64,000 nt of DNA from an uncultured Prevotellaceae bacterium (GTDB lineage Bacteria > Bacteroidota > Bacteroidia > Bacteroidales > Bacteroidaceae), in assembly GCA_946184965.1 (NCBI GenBank), contig CAMHHO010000001.1, positions 797 to 64,796 of the forward strand, read 5' to 3'. Positions 1 to 8,704 of the stretch are shown one piece after another; position 1 is the stretch's first letter; each line of letters opens with the position of its first letter. A program made the position numbers and the translations under genes. Below the pieces are notes generated by a model that was not told the DNA's origin, did no database searches, and worked only from the letters and a program-made list of their open reading frames with translations.

Positions 1-210
1 GGCACTCTCGCTACGGATGACACCCATCTGGCCCACGCACAGATGGTCTTTCTCAAACTCGCCGGCCGGTGTGCAGAGGTGGGTGGCGTAGAACGTGACG
101 ACGAGGTAGTCGACGATGAACCAGCCCAGGCAGGCGATGATGGCTATCTCGACGAATATCCAGCCGTTCTGCTTCTTATGAGTCCACAGACTCTTCAGTA
201 TCATGCTCAT
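1..210 (-). CDS. ABC transporter permease (MacB/FtsX-like, type B of third pair), 5' part only; runs off window
   Basis: Manual translation MSMILKSLWTHKKQNGWIFVEIAIIACLGWFIVDYLVV...; same N-terminal pattern as 2308..3597 and 5780..7114; ATGA overlap with upstream stop. Confidence 0.8.
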   Translation of the reverse strand, partial: MSMILKSLWTHKKQNGWIFVEIAIIACLGWFIVDYLVVTFYATHLCTPAGEFEKDHLCVGQMGVIRSESA

Positions 211-1568
211 CTTTTCTGATTTAGTGATTCAACAATAGGCTTGCGCAGCGACGACCAGGCGGGAATGAGGGCGGCCATGAGGTTGAGCACGGCGCAGCAG
301 GCGAAGGCAATGAGGAAGAGCGTCGGCGTGAAGAACATGTCAAGCTGCAGCGACACGCTGCCCACGGGGTCGTTATCGCGGCCGAACATGGTGAGGAACA
401 TGGCGTTGCTACGCATGGCGCTGATGAACAGCCATGAGAGGCCATAGCCCGCGATGCCGCCCAGGAGCGTCAGCACGAGGTTCTCGTGAATCACCTGCTG
501 CAGCAGCCACCGCCGCTTGGCACCGAAGGCCTTGCGGATGCCCATCTCGGCACGGCGGGCCTCCATGCGGTTGCTGACCAGACCGCTCAGATTGATGGCG
601 GGCAACAGCAGGAGCAGCAGCATGAGCAGGGCGGGATATTGCAGGTTGTGCAGCATGTCGCCCGTGGTCATGTCGTAGGAAGGGTCGAAGTTGAGCGTCC
701 GGGCCCAGTGCGGCTTGGCATCGATGTCGAAGGTGTAGTCCCGGCCCGTCGCCTGCCGCAGCATCGAGAGATATTTTGCGCGCAGCGGCTCCAGCTCGTC
801 CTTCAGCATCTGGTAGGTGCAGCCCTCCTTCAGCAGCACCGTCACCATCAGGCCGCCGGCATAGCTCACCTCTGAACTGTGCCAGTGTTCGCGGGAGTCG
901 CCTACGGTGTAGGGTAGGTAGACATCGGCCGAGGACGAGAACAGCAGCGGACTCACCTCGCTGACGACACCTACAATGCGGTAGGGCAGGAAGTTGAGCT
1001 GCAGCTGACGGCCAACCACCGACGCGGCGTGTGCTCCTGATGCGGGCGAGGTCGCCCGCGGTCCGAACACGCGGCGGGCCAGCGCGTCGGAGATGACGAC
1101 GCACTTCTCGGCGTGCTGCAGTTGCTCGTCGGTATAGGGGCGGCCGTCGACAAACCGGAAGTCGTAGAGGCGGTAGAAGTTGGCGTCGGTGAACTTCACC
1201 GTCACCGGCACCTCGGGCTTGCCTATCTCCTCACAGGCGCTGAAGTGAAAGACATACTCTTCGTTCACGTTAGCACTGACCACCTCGGCACACTTCAGGC
1301 GGCTGAACATCTCCTCGACGGCCAGTGGCGAATAGCCGGAGTAGCCTACGAAAGAGTCGCCGTCCTTGAAATTGCTCTTCACATACACCGTGCGGTCGCG
1401 GTGCTCCTCGGGGTAGATGTTGCCCATGCGTATGTGCAGGATGAGCGCCACCACCATGGCCGAGGCGATGGCCACCGCCGTGCCCGCGATGTAGATGGCG
1501 GAGTAGAGCTTGTCATCGCGGATGAGGGCGAGGGCATGGCGCAGGAAAAGGATGAGTCTACTCGACAT
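207..1568 (-). CDS. ABC transporter permease (MacB-like periplasmic core + FtsX domain), type A
   Basis: N-terminal TM, FVDGRPYT..VVISDALA..F motif, RRAEMGIRKAFGA motif, C-terminal TMs; start moved to MSSRLILF. Confidence 0.88.
   Translation of the reverse strand: MSSRLILFLRHALALIRDDKLYSAIYIAGTAVAIASAMVVALILHIRMGNIYPEEHRDRTVYVKSNFKDGDSFVGYSGYSPLAVEEMFSRLKCAEVVSANVNEEYVFHFSACEEIGKPEVPVTVKFTDANFYRLYDFRFVDGRPYTDEQLQHAEKCVVISDALARRVFGPRATSPASGAHAASVVGRQLQLNFLPYRIVGVVSEVSPLLFSSSADVYLPYTVGDSREHWHSSEVSYAGGLMVTVLLKEGCTYQMLKDELEPLRAKYLSMLRQATGRDYTFDIDAKPHWARTLNFDPSYDMTTGDMLHNLQYPALLMLLLLLLPAINLSGLVSNRMEARRAEMGIRKAFGAKRRWLLQQVIHENLVLTLLGGIAGYGLSWLFISAMRSNAMFLTMFGRDNDPVGSVSLQLDMFFTPTLFLIAFACCAVLNLMAALIPAWSSLRKPIVESLNQKR
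1042..1064. repeat. GC-rich REP-like hairpin read in frame inside permease
   Basis: TGCGGGCGAGGTCGCCCGCGGTC; 8-bp stem GCGGGCGA/TCGCCCGC; lies in peptide GPRATSPASGAHAAS that is absent from the paralogues in this window. Confidence 0.55.
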
Positions 1569-1570
1569 AT

Positions 1571-1604
1571 AAATCGTAAATCGAAAATGAGTAAATCGTA
1601 AATC
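1571..1604. repeat. AAATCGT-periodic element (~34 bp)
   Basis: aaatcgt aaatcga aaatgagt aaatcgt aaatc; related copies at 8543, 14724, 29972, 34412. Confidence 0.8.
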
Positions 1605-2280
1605 ACATGACCTGTCGTCCATCAAGGAACTTGATGATGCGGTCGGTCTGGGCCGCCTGCTGCTCGTTGTGGGTCACCATGACGATGGTGCGGCCATCCT
1701 CCTTGTTCAGGCGGTGCAGCAGTTCCATAATCTCGCCGCCCATCTTCGAGTCGAGGTTACCGGTCGGCTCGTCGGCCAAGAGGATTTCAGGGTTGCCGAT
1801 GATGGCACGGGCGATGGCTACGCGCTGGCACTGTCCGCCGGAGAGTTGCGTGGGGCGGTGCTTCATGCGGTGGGAGAGGCCGACGCGGGCGATCACCTCC
1901 TTGGCCAGACGGATGCGCTCGCTGCTACGCACGCCTCGGTAGATGAGCGGCAGCTGCACGTTGTCAATCACGTTGAGCGTCGGGATGAGGTGGAACGACT
2001 GGAACACGAAGCCCAGCGTCTTGTTGCGCAGTTCGGCGAGGCGGTTGTCCGAGAGCTTCGGGTCTATCTTCGTACCGCAAAGCTCTATCTCGCCACTCGT
2101 CGGCTCGTCGAGCAGTCCCATGATGTTGAGCAGCGTCGACTTGCCGCAGCCCGACGGCCCCATGATGCTCAGGAACTCGCCCTTCTTCACTTCGATGTTT
2201 ACATTCTCCAACGCCTGTGTCTCCACTTCGTCGGTACGGTAGATCTTGTTGATCCCTGTCAGTTTGATTACTGTTTCCAT
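1603..2280 (-). CDS. ABC transporter ATP-binding protein (MacB/LolD family)
   Basis: Walker A GPSGCGKST, signature LSGGQCQR, Walker B ILLADEPTGNLD, H-loop VTH. Confidence 0.95.
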   Translation of the reverse strand: METVIKLTGINKIYRTDEVETQALENVNIEVKKGEFLSIMGPSGCGKSTLLNIMGLLDEPTSGEIELCGTKIDPKLSDNRLAELRNKTLGFVFQSFHLIPTLNVIDNVQLPLIYRGVRSSERIRLAKEVIARVGLSHRMKHRPTQLSGGQCQRVAIARAIIGNPEILLADEPTGNLDSKMGGEIMELLHRLNKEDGRTIVMVTHNEQQAAQTDRIIKFLDGRQVM

Positions 2281-2307
2281 TGTTCTTTTGTTTTTATTGT
2301 TATTTGT

Positions 2308-3597
2308 TTATTCATCTTTTAATGCTTCGGTTATTTCGCTCCTGCAGATGCGCCACGCAGGAATGGCGGTGGCGATAAGCACGGCGCATAATATAATAAG
2401 GTAGACGGCGGCGGAGACCACGAGGAAGTGGGTGCCGAAGTCGTCGAACCAGTAGCGGACGGCGGGGTTGTGGCTCTCAAAACCTTTAAAGAGTCCACGA
2501 GCGGCGGCAAACTGGAAATAGATGATGCAGCCAAGGATGACGCTAATCGTAGTCAACAGCCACGCCTCGCGGATGAATCCTAAGAAGACGCTCCACTTCG
2601 TTGCGCCGAAAGCACGTCTTACACCGGCCTCCTCGCGGCGCTGGCGAGTGTACATCAGCAGCGTGCCGAATACACCGAAGGCGAGGTTGATGGCGAAGAA
2701 GGCGGCGATAAGCAGGTTGCGGCGCGTCTGCCGGCTGACGGGGTAACGTCCTGTTTCCTTTTCCTCAATCTGGCGGGCCGTCTGCATCTGGCGGACGTAG
2801 CAATGCGCCGTCACGAGGTCGTGCTGCATCTCCTGCTGGTGTTCCTCGATGAACCGCTCGGCGTTGACGCCCTCACGCAATCGGGCAATGATGGGCACGC
2901 TGGTGCTCGGGCCGTTCGTGAACAGAAAGAGGTTGGCGTAGTCGCGGTCGTAGATGTCGTAGCGCACGTCCTCGACCACGGCGCGGATGGGCAGGTCCTT
3001 GGTCAGCCAGGCGTAGTCCTCCTTGTCGTCGTCCCAACCGTAGAAGTTGGCCTTGACGGTGCGCCCTGCCACGTCGATGGTGCCGAAGAGGCCCATAGCC
3101 AAGGAGCGGGTGAGGATGATGGTGCGCTCCCACTCGCAGTCGTGGGTCAGCTCGGCGGTGGGCACCTCGGGCGTCAGCGACTCGATGCCGAGCACCTCGA
3201 ACATCTTGTCGTCATTCATGAAATAGAAACTATGAGTCAGGATGGAGTCGCCGTTGTGGATGAGACCGTGGAACGAGCCGACATTGCCGAAGCCGATGGG
3301 GATGCTATGGGCACGGTAGGCCATCTCCACGCCGTCCATCTCCTGCACCTTCTTCAGCAGGCTCTCCTCCTCGCTTTGGGTGTCGCCGAAATTGTTATAC
3401 AACTCCTCCTTGGAGAGGTTGCTGACCACTTGGAATTGCACCAGCCGGTCGGGGTCGTAGCCTAACGGCAGGTGGGTGATGTAGCCGGTGACGAGCACGG
3501 GGTCGAAGGCCCACCAGCAGGCGAAAGTGACGAGCACGAGTTCGAGCGTGAGCCAGATGGACGTCTTGCGTCCGAATATGTCTTTCAGCTGTTTCAT
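2308..3597 (-). CDS. ABC transporter permease (FtsX-like), type B
   Basis: WLTLELVLV N-terminal TM, PLGYDPDRL, QRREEAGVRRAFGA, EITEALKDE C-terminus. Confidence 0.88.
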   Translation of the reverse strand: MKQLKDIFGRKTSIWLTLELVLVTFACWWAFDPVLVTGYITHLPLGYDPDRLVQFQVVSNLSKEELYNNFGDTQSEEESLLKKVQEMDGVEMAYRAHSIPIGFGNVGSFHGLIHNGDSILTHSFYFMNDDKMFEVLGIESLTPEVPTAELTHDCEWERTIILTRSLAMGLFGTIDVAGRTVKANFYGWDDDKEDYAWLTKDLPIRAVVEDVRYDIYDRDYANLFLFTNGPSTSVPIIARLREGVNAERFIEEHQQEMQHDLVTAHCYVRQMQTARQIEEKETGRYPVSRQTRRNLLIAAFFAINLAFGVFGTLLMYTRQRREEAGVRRAFGATKWSVFLGFIREAWLLTTISVILGCIIYFQFAAARGLFKGFESHNPAVRYWFDDFGTHFLVVSAAVYLIILCAVLIATAIPAWRICRSEITEALKDE

Positions 3598-4880
3598 TTC
3601 TTAATCATCATGGATTCCACAATCGGTTTACGGAGGCTGAGCCACGCGGGCAGCGTTGCCGCTAAGACGTTGAGCACGCAGCAGACGAGGAGGGCGATGG
3701 CGAAGACGGCGGGGCCGAAGAACATCTCGCCCTTCAGCAGCGGCACCGTGCCGTAGAGCTTGTAACTGTCGGAGAAGACGTTGAACACCCAGTCGCGCCA
3801 TCCGTAGAGGGCCGCCCACGCAAGGCACAAGCCGACGATGCCGCCGATAAGCGTCAGCACCAGATTCTCCATGACGACCTCGCCGAGCAGCGTGCGCCGC
3901 TTTGCACCGAAAGCCTTGCGCACGGCCATCTCCGGCAGTCGGCGCTCCATGCGGCTGGCCACCATGCCGCTGAGGTTCAGCGCGGGCACTAAGAGGAGCA
4001 GCAGGATGGCGGGCGTGACGTACCAAAGGAGGTTCCCGCCCCAGGCATTGAACACGGAGCCAATGCCCGTCCACACTTCCTCGTAGTGCGACTGTAGGCG
4101 GGCGGTCATATCAACCGGCTCGTCTTTGTGCATGGCGTTGTAGCGGGCCTCCACGGCTTTCATCTCCTGCAGGAAGGCGAGGCGCTTGGCGGCGGGCACG
4201 CTGAAGGTGAGACTCAGGGGCATTTCCAGATAAGAGGCGCCAGCGCTTTTCAGGAAATCCTCGTTGGTGTAGGGAATCCAGATGTCGGCGGCGCACTTCT
4301 CCGTCAGGGCGCTGGGCGTCTCGACAACGCCGCAGATGCGGAAGGCGAGGCGGTTGAGGGTGAGGGTCTGGCTCACGCCTTTCTGCCCGTGGCCGAAGAG
4401 CTGGTCGCGCAGTTCCTCCGTGATGACCACCACGTTTCGTCCATTGTCGAAGTCGTCCTGTGTGAAGGGCGCACCTTCGATGAAGTGGAACTGGTAGAGA
4501 CGGAAGAACCCCGCGTCCGTCAGTTTGCCTTTCACGGAATACTCGTGCACGCTGTCGTCCTGCGTGATGTAGTACGGGGTGTTTGTCCACATATCCATAT
4601 CGCCCGTTATGCACTCCGGCGTCTGCATCTTCTGGAACAGGTCGCGGTACGTCTCATGGCGGACGGCTTCCAATTCGCTTTTCTCGTTCAGCATCCTCAT
4701 GGCGTCCAAGTAGTACGTCGTGCTGCGTCGCACCTCCGGCGCAATGTCGGCCACTTTCACGTAATACACTTCGGCAATGAGCATCACGAAGGCCACGGCT
4801 AATGCCGTTCCTGCGATATACATCGCCGAGTAAAGTTTCTCCTCGCGAATCAGGGCGAGGGTCTGTCTGAAATATCTCAT
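3594..4880 (-). CDS. ABC transporter permease (MacB-like), type A
   Basis: YSAMYIAGTALA TM, RRLPEMAVRKAFGA, RKPIVESM C-terminus. Confidence 0.88.
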   Translation of the reverse strand: MRYFRQTLALIREEKLYSAMYIAGTALAVAFVMLIAEVYYVKVADIAPEVRRSTTYYLDAMRMLNEKSELEAVRHETYRDLFQKMQTPECITGDMDMWTNTPYYITQDDSVHEYSVKGKLTDAGFFRLYQFHFIEGAPFTQDDFDNGRNVVVITEELRDQLFGHGQKGVSQTLTLNRLAFRICGVVETPSALTEKCAADIWIPYTNEDFLKSAGASYLEMPLSLTFSVPAAKRLAFLQEMKAVEARYNAMHKDEPVDMTARLQSHYEEVWTGIGSVFNAWGGNLLWYVTPAILLLLLVPALNLSGMVASRMERRLPEMAVRKAFGAKRRTLLGEVVMENLVLTLIGGIVGLCLAWAALYGWRDWVFNVFSDSYKLYGTVPLLKGEMFFGPAVFAIALLVCCVLNVLAATLPAWLSLRKPIVESMMIKK

Positions 4881-4913
4881 ATCATTTACGATTATTTTTC
4901 TGCCAATCTACAA

Positions 4914-5009
4914 TACAATATCCGTGCCAAACTCGTAACTCGCTGATAATCAATAACGGCATAAAACGAAGTGTCCATTTCCGGACACTCTGCTGTTCGG
5001 AAATGGACA
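4914..5009 (-). promoter_or_regulatory. Sigma-54 promoter with two palindromic enhancer-binding-protein sites (copy 1)
   Basis: Minus strand TGGCACG-GATA-TTGTA (-24/-12, variant -12); TGTCC-N6-GGACA type palindromes at 4972-4987 and 4994-5009. Confidence 0.75.
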
Positions 5010-5027
5010 GTTGGACACTCGCAGTCC

Positions 5028-5708
5028 TTAGTGAGAGAATCGAGGGGAGAGGCTTTGGTAGGTTTCGTAGCCGCCAGTGTCGGAGGGGTAAATGATGGTG
5101 TCGATGAAATAGAGATTGCCGTCACTGCCTACCAGCACATTACCATCAACGGCATCGAAAATGTCGTGCTGACCGTTGGTGTAGTATTCGCCATTGTCCT
5201 CTGGGTGGAAGCCGAGACGTATGAACTCGTCGTGAACCTCCTGCTTGGTGGCGAGGCGGGCATCATTGATATATGACTGCGCCAAAACCGCACAGACCTT
5301 ACCATCGCTGTTCTCAGCAAAACCTATCATGCGGTAAGGACATGCATCGAAATACTTGTTGTGTGCCTTGATGCGCTCGAAGAAAGAAGTAAGATTGTCA
5401 TCGGAATATCGGAAATCGTTGAGCTTGATGATATTCTTACCATCGGGCGAGAGATAAGTTTCGTTTTCAGAGCCACGGTCGAAGAAATCGCCAAACTGGC
5501 TGCGGTCGCTGAACCAGCAACCCTGCTCCTGCGCCCACTTGCGGAGCCTTACCAGTTGGACTGATTTGCAAGCCGTTGTTCCCGCAAGAGCTTCAATCTC
5601 CTCAAGCACTCTTCGCGCGGTTGCGGATGCGCTTTCCAGTATGCCACTGTCTGTCTCATTTGGGCATTCACTTTCTTGTGATAATCGTTCAGAATAATCT
5701 CCATTCAT
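5028..5708 (-). CDS. Stand-alone protein kinase-like protein, Kinase-PolyVal type
   Basis: RGSENETY Gly-loop, IIKLN catalytic Lys, DAVDGNVL catalytic loop, YFIDT metal-binding; own TATCTTTG promoter near 5733-5740 puts start at MNGDYSERL. Confidence 0.7.
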   Translation of the reverse strand: MNGDYSERLSQESECPNETDSGILESASATARRVLEEIEALAGTTACKSVQLVRLRKWAQEQGCWFSDRSQFGDFFDRGSENETYLSPDGKNIIKLNDFRYSDDNLTSFFERIKAHNKYFDACPYRMIGFAENSDGKVCAVLAQSYINDARLATKQEVHDEFIRLGFHPEDNGEYYTNGQHDIFDAVDGNVLVGSDGNLYFIDTIIYPSDTGGYETYQSLSPRFSH

Positions 5709-5779
5709 GCAGTCGTATTGGTTTGACGGTGCAAAGATAAAGATTTCCGCTGAATTATGCAAGTTTTCACAGCAACTTT

Positions 5780-7114
5780 TCACTCATCCCTCAGCGCATG
5801 GGTAATTCTCGTCCCGATAATCTTCAGGGCCGGAATGGCGGTGGCGATGAGCACGGTACATAATATAATAAGGTAGACGATGGCGGAGACCGTGAGGAAG
5901 TGGGGCCAGAAGTGTTCGGGCCACGCCTTGTCCGTGGACAGTACAGCCGCATCGATGGTGTAGAGTGTTTCGCAGTACTCTTCTCCATTGAACACCTGGA
6001 TGCCGCTGTGGGCATAGTTCAGGTAGACGGTGAGGCCCACGGCGACGGCGGCGGTGGCCAGCAGGGCGTTGCGCCAGAGGAAGTCGAAGAGCAGCCGTCC
6101 ACGGGTGGCTCCGAAGGCACGGCGCACACCGCACTCCTCCGTGCGCCGCTTGGCATGAAGCCACACGGTGCCGATGACGGCCAGCATCAGGTTGACGAGG
6201 AAGAACAGGGCCAGTGCAAGGCTGCGGTTCACCTCCTGCGTGCGACCGTCGTCGAGTTCGAGCCGTTGCAGGTATTCGTCGAAGGTCGTCAGACGGCTGA
6301 TGCGGCTGAAGCCCATCTGTCCGCTGCCGATGAGCTCCTTTCCGTGCTCTTCGACGAAACGATGAGCGTTCAGCCCTTTCTTCAGACGGATGACGTATCG
6401 ACATGTTGTGTACTGTGGTTTTTGGGGCTTGATGATCATGGAGCGTATCGTGTTGGACACCGACATGCGGAAGTCCTCTACCACGCCCGCTACCGTCGCC
6501 TCGATGGCAGGGTCGTTGCTGGAGATGGTGAGGCGGCGTCCCACAACGTCGGCTGTGCCAAACAGGGCGATGGCACCCGAGCGCGTCAGCACCACCTGCT
6601 GCTCTTGATACGACAGACGCGAGAGCTCAGCTGCCGACGGGCTCTCTGGCAAGGGCTTCAGCCCGTAGGTCTCGAAGAAGTGGGCGTCGCTACAGAAGTT
6701 GATGTTGGTCAGATACAGGGTGTCGCCGCCGACAACGCACTCGTTGAAAGACGGATGGCTATATCCCACGGAGCCGTAGTCATGCTCATAGAGATAGGCC
6801 GACTCCACGCCCTCCACGCTCGTCAACTGGCGCAATATCTGGTCGCGGCGCTTTTCGGTCATCTCGTAGGGGTCTTGCGGGACGCCGTCGACGACTTCAT
6901 TCCAGCTGCCGTTCACCTCGGTTTCGGCATAGAGCAGCTGGCTGCTGTCGTAGCCTAAGGGCAGGCTACGGTAGTAGAGGTTGACCACGGCAGGGTCGAA
7001 CACCGCCCATGCCACGACGGTGATGACGACGAGTTCGAGGAAGAGAAGCCCACCCCCGACCCCTCCCCAAGGGAGGGGAGATTGGTTAGTTCTAAATGCT
7101 GTATTTTTCTTCAT
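5780..7114 (-). CDS. ABC transporter permease (FtsX-like), type B, with REP-derived N-terminal peptide
   Basis: LFLELVVIT, PLGYDSSQL, KRRTEECGVRRAFGA, ITHALRDE. Confidence 0.85.
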   Translation of the reverse strand: MKKNTAFRTNQSPLPWGGVGGGLLFLELVVITVVAWAVFDPAVVNLYYRSLPLGYDSSQLLYAETEVNGSWNEVVDGVPQDPYEMTEKRRDQILRQLTSVEGVESAYLYEHDYGSVGYSHPSFNECVVGGDTLYLTNINFCSDAHFFETYGLKPLPESPSAAELSRLSYQEQQVVLTRSGAIALFGTADVVGRRLTISSNDPAIEATVAGVVEDFRMSVSNTIRSMIIKPQKPQYTTCRYVIRLKKGLNAHRFVEEHGKELIGSGQMGFSRISRLTTFDEYLQRLELDDGRTQEVNRSLALALFFLVNLMLAVIGTVWLHAKRRTEECGVRRAFGATRGRLLFDFLWRNALLATAAVAVGLTVYLNYAHSGIQVFNGEEYCETLYTIDAAVLSTDKAWPEHFWPHFLTVSAIVYLIILCTVLIATAIPALKIIGTRITHALRDE

Positions 7115-7197
7115 GTTTCTGTCTTTATGATTCTTGCAATGTATATAGGTCGTGCTTATTCTTCTCCCCTCCCTTGGGGAGGGGCTGGGGGTGGGCT
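7047..7197. repeat. Inverted doublet of ~35-bp CCCCTCCCCAAGGGAGGGG REP-like palindromes (REPIN-like)
   Basis: 7047-7081 agcccacccccgacccctccccaagggaggggaga and 7163-7197 is its near-exact reverse complement. Confidence 0.85.
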
Positions 7198-8542
7198 ACC
7201 TTTTCTCCATCATCGCCTCCACAATCGGTTTTCTGAGGCTCCACCAGGCAGGCACCACGGCGGCCAAGAGGTTGAGCAGCAGGATGGCGGCGAAGGCCCC
7301 AACAAAGAGCGTGGGGGCAAAGAGCATCTCGCCCTCCACGATGGGTGCCGTGCTGAGCGTGCTGTTGTCGAAAAACATGCCGAGAATCTCCCTTCGCAAA
7401 CCGTAGATGGCAAGCCACGAGAGCACGAGGCCGATGATGCCGCCGATGGTGGTGAGCACCAGGTTCTCCGTCACCACCTGACTGAGGAGCGTCGAGCGGC
7501 GTGCGCCGAAGGTCTTACGCACGGCCATCTCTGCCGAGCGCCGCTCCATGCGCCCCGCCACGATGCCGCAGAGGTTCAGGGCGGGTACGAAGAGCAACAC
7601 GAAGATGATGCCGGCATAGTGCTTCACCAGCTGCCAGCCCGTCACCGTGCTCAATGAGCCTTCGCGGTTCTCGGTCTTCAGCACGTGCATGGGGTGGGTA
7701 TCCATACCCTGGGTGAGCACCAGCTTCTTTTTGGCAGCACCGCCAAAGCTGAACAAATCCAGCACCTCGGGGTGCGCCTGCTGCGTGCGAGCCGCCACGT
7801 CGTCCAGCTCCTGCTTCAAGGCCCGCAGGTGGGCGTCGTCCTTCACGGTGGCCACGATGGAGTAGAATCCCTGATAGGGGATCCCCATCACCACACCGTT
7901 CAAGAGGGGATAGATGATGTCGGCATAGCTGTCGGGCGTGAGTTGACTGCCGCCACGGAAGACGCCCACCACACGCACTTCAGGTCCGCTCTCCATCTCC
8001 ACCGTCTTTCCCACGGCTTCCACGCCCTTGCCGAAGAGCCGTTCGGCCAGGGCATCGCTGATGACACAGACTTTTTCGTTGTCGTCCACTTCCTTACTGG
8101 TAAAAGCTCTGCCACTCACGAAGTCGTACTCGTAAATCTTAAAGTAGTCGGCACTGACCTCATTGCGCACGACGTCCACGTAGTCGTCCTTACCTCGCAC
8201 CACGAAGGAGTGGCACTTGCCCTGGGTCTTGCCCGTTCCTGCCGCCAGCAGCGTGGGCGAGCAGTACTCGATGTTCGGGCTGCGCTTGAACCACTCCTCA
8301 TAGGCCTGAGCGCTGAAGCCCGTCTGCATCTTGCCGCCGTTGTCGGCCTCGATGCACAGCCCCTCGAAGTAGACTGTCCGCGCCCTGTTAGCCTCGGGGT
8401 AGATGGGTGCCAACTTGATGTAATACACTACGGCCATCACCATCGTAAACAGGATGGCCAAGGCCGTTCCGGCGATGTAGATGCCGGAGAAAAGTCGCTC
8501 CTCGCGCATCATGGCGAGGGCCTGTCTGAAATACCCTATCAT
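7196..8542 (-). CDS. ABC transporter permease (MacB-like), type A
   Basis: FSGIYIAGTALA TM, FVSGRAFT..VCVISDALAERLF, RRSAEMAVRKTFGA. Confidence 0.88.
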   Translation of the reverse strand: MIGYFRQALAMMREERLFSGIYIAGTALAILFTMVMAVVYYIKLAPIYPEANRARTVYFEGLCIEADNGGKMQTGFSAQAYEEWFKRSPNIEYCSPTLLAAGTGKTQGKCHSFVVRGKDDYVDVVRNEVSADYFKIYEYDFVSGRAFTSKEVDDNEKVCVISDALAERLFGKGVEAVGKTVEMESGPEVRVVGVFRGGSQLTPDSYADIIYPLLNGVVMGIPYQGFYSIVATVKDDAHLRALKQELDDVAARTQQAHPEVLDLFSFGGAAKKKLVLTQGMDTHPMHVLKTENREGSLSTVTGWQLVKHYAGIIFVLLFVPALNLCGIVAGRMERRSAEMAVRKTFGARRSTLLSQVVTENLVLTTIGGIIGLVLSWLAIYGLRREILGMFFDNSTLSTAPIVEGEMLFAPTLFVGAFAAILLLNLLAAVVPAWWSLRKPIVEAMMEKR

Positions 8543-8578
8543 ATTTACTATTTACGTATTTTACGATTTACTATTTTA
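8543..8578. repeat. AAATCGT-periodic element (reverse orientation)
   Basis: Reverse complement reads aaatagt aaatcgt aaaatacgt aaatagt aaat. Confidence 0.7.
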
Positions 8579-8580
8579 CA

Positions 8581-8676
8581 TGCCAAAACCGTGCCAAACT
8601 CGTAACCCGCTGATAATCAGTGACGGCATAAAACAAAGTGTCCATTTCCGGACACTCTGCTGTCCGGAAATGGACA
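8581..8676 (-). promoter_or_regulatory. Sigma-54 promoter with two palindromic enhancer sites (copy 2)
   Basis: Minus strand TGGCACG-GTTT-TGGCA (GG-N10-GC); TGTCCATTTCCGGACA 8639-8654 and TGTCCGGAAATGGACA 8661-8676. Confidence 0.8.
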
Positions 8677-8704
8677 ATCTAACCACTCCTGATGGTATCT
8701 GTCA

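Noticed and set aside
5709-5783. Longer N-termini given by the ORF track (also 25184-25351, 35251-35406, 46944-47024, 51461-51556)
   Set aside because: The extensions run through TAnnTTTG promoter elements, so the downstream ATGs are more plausible
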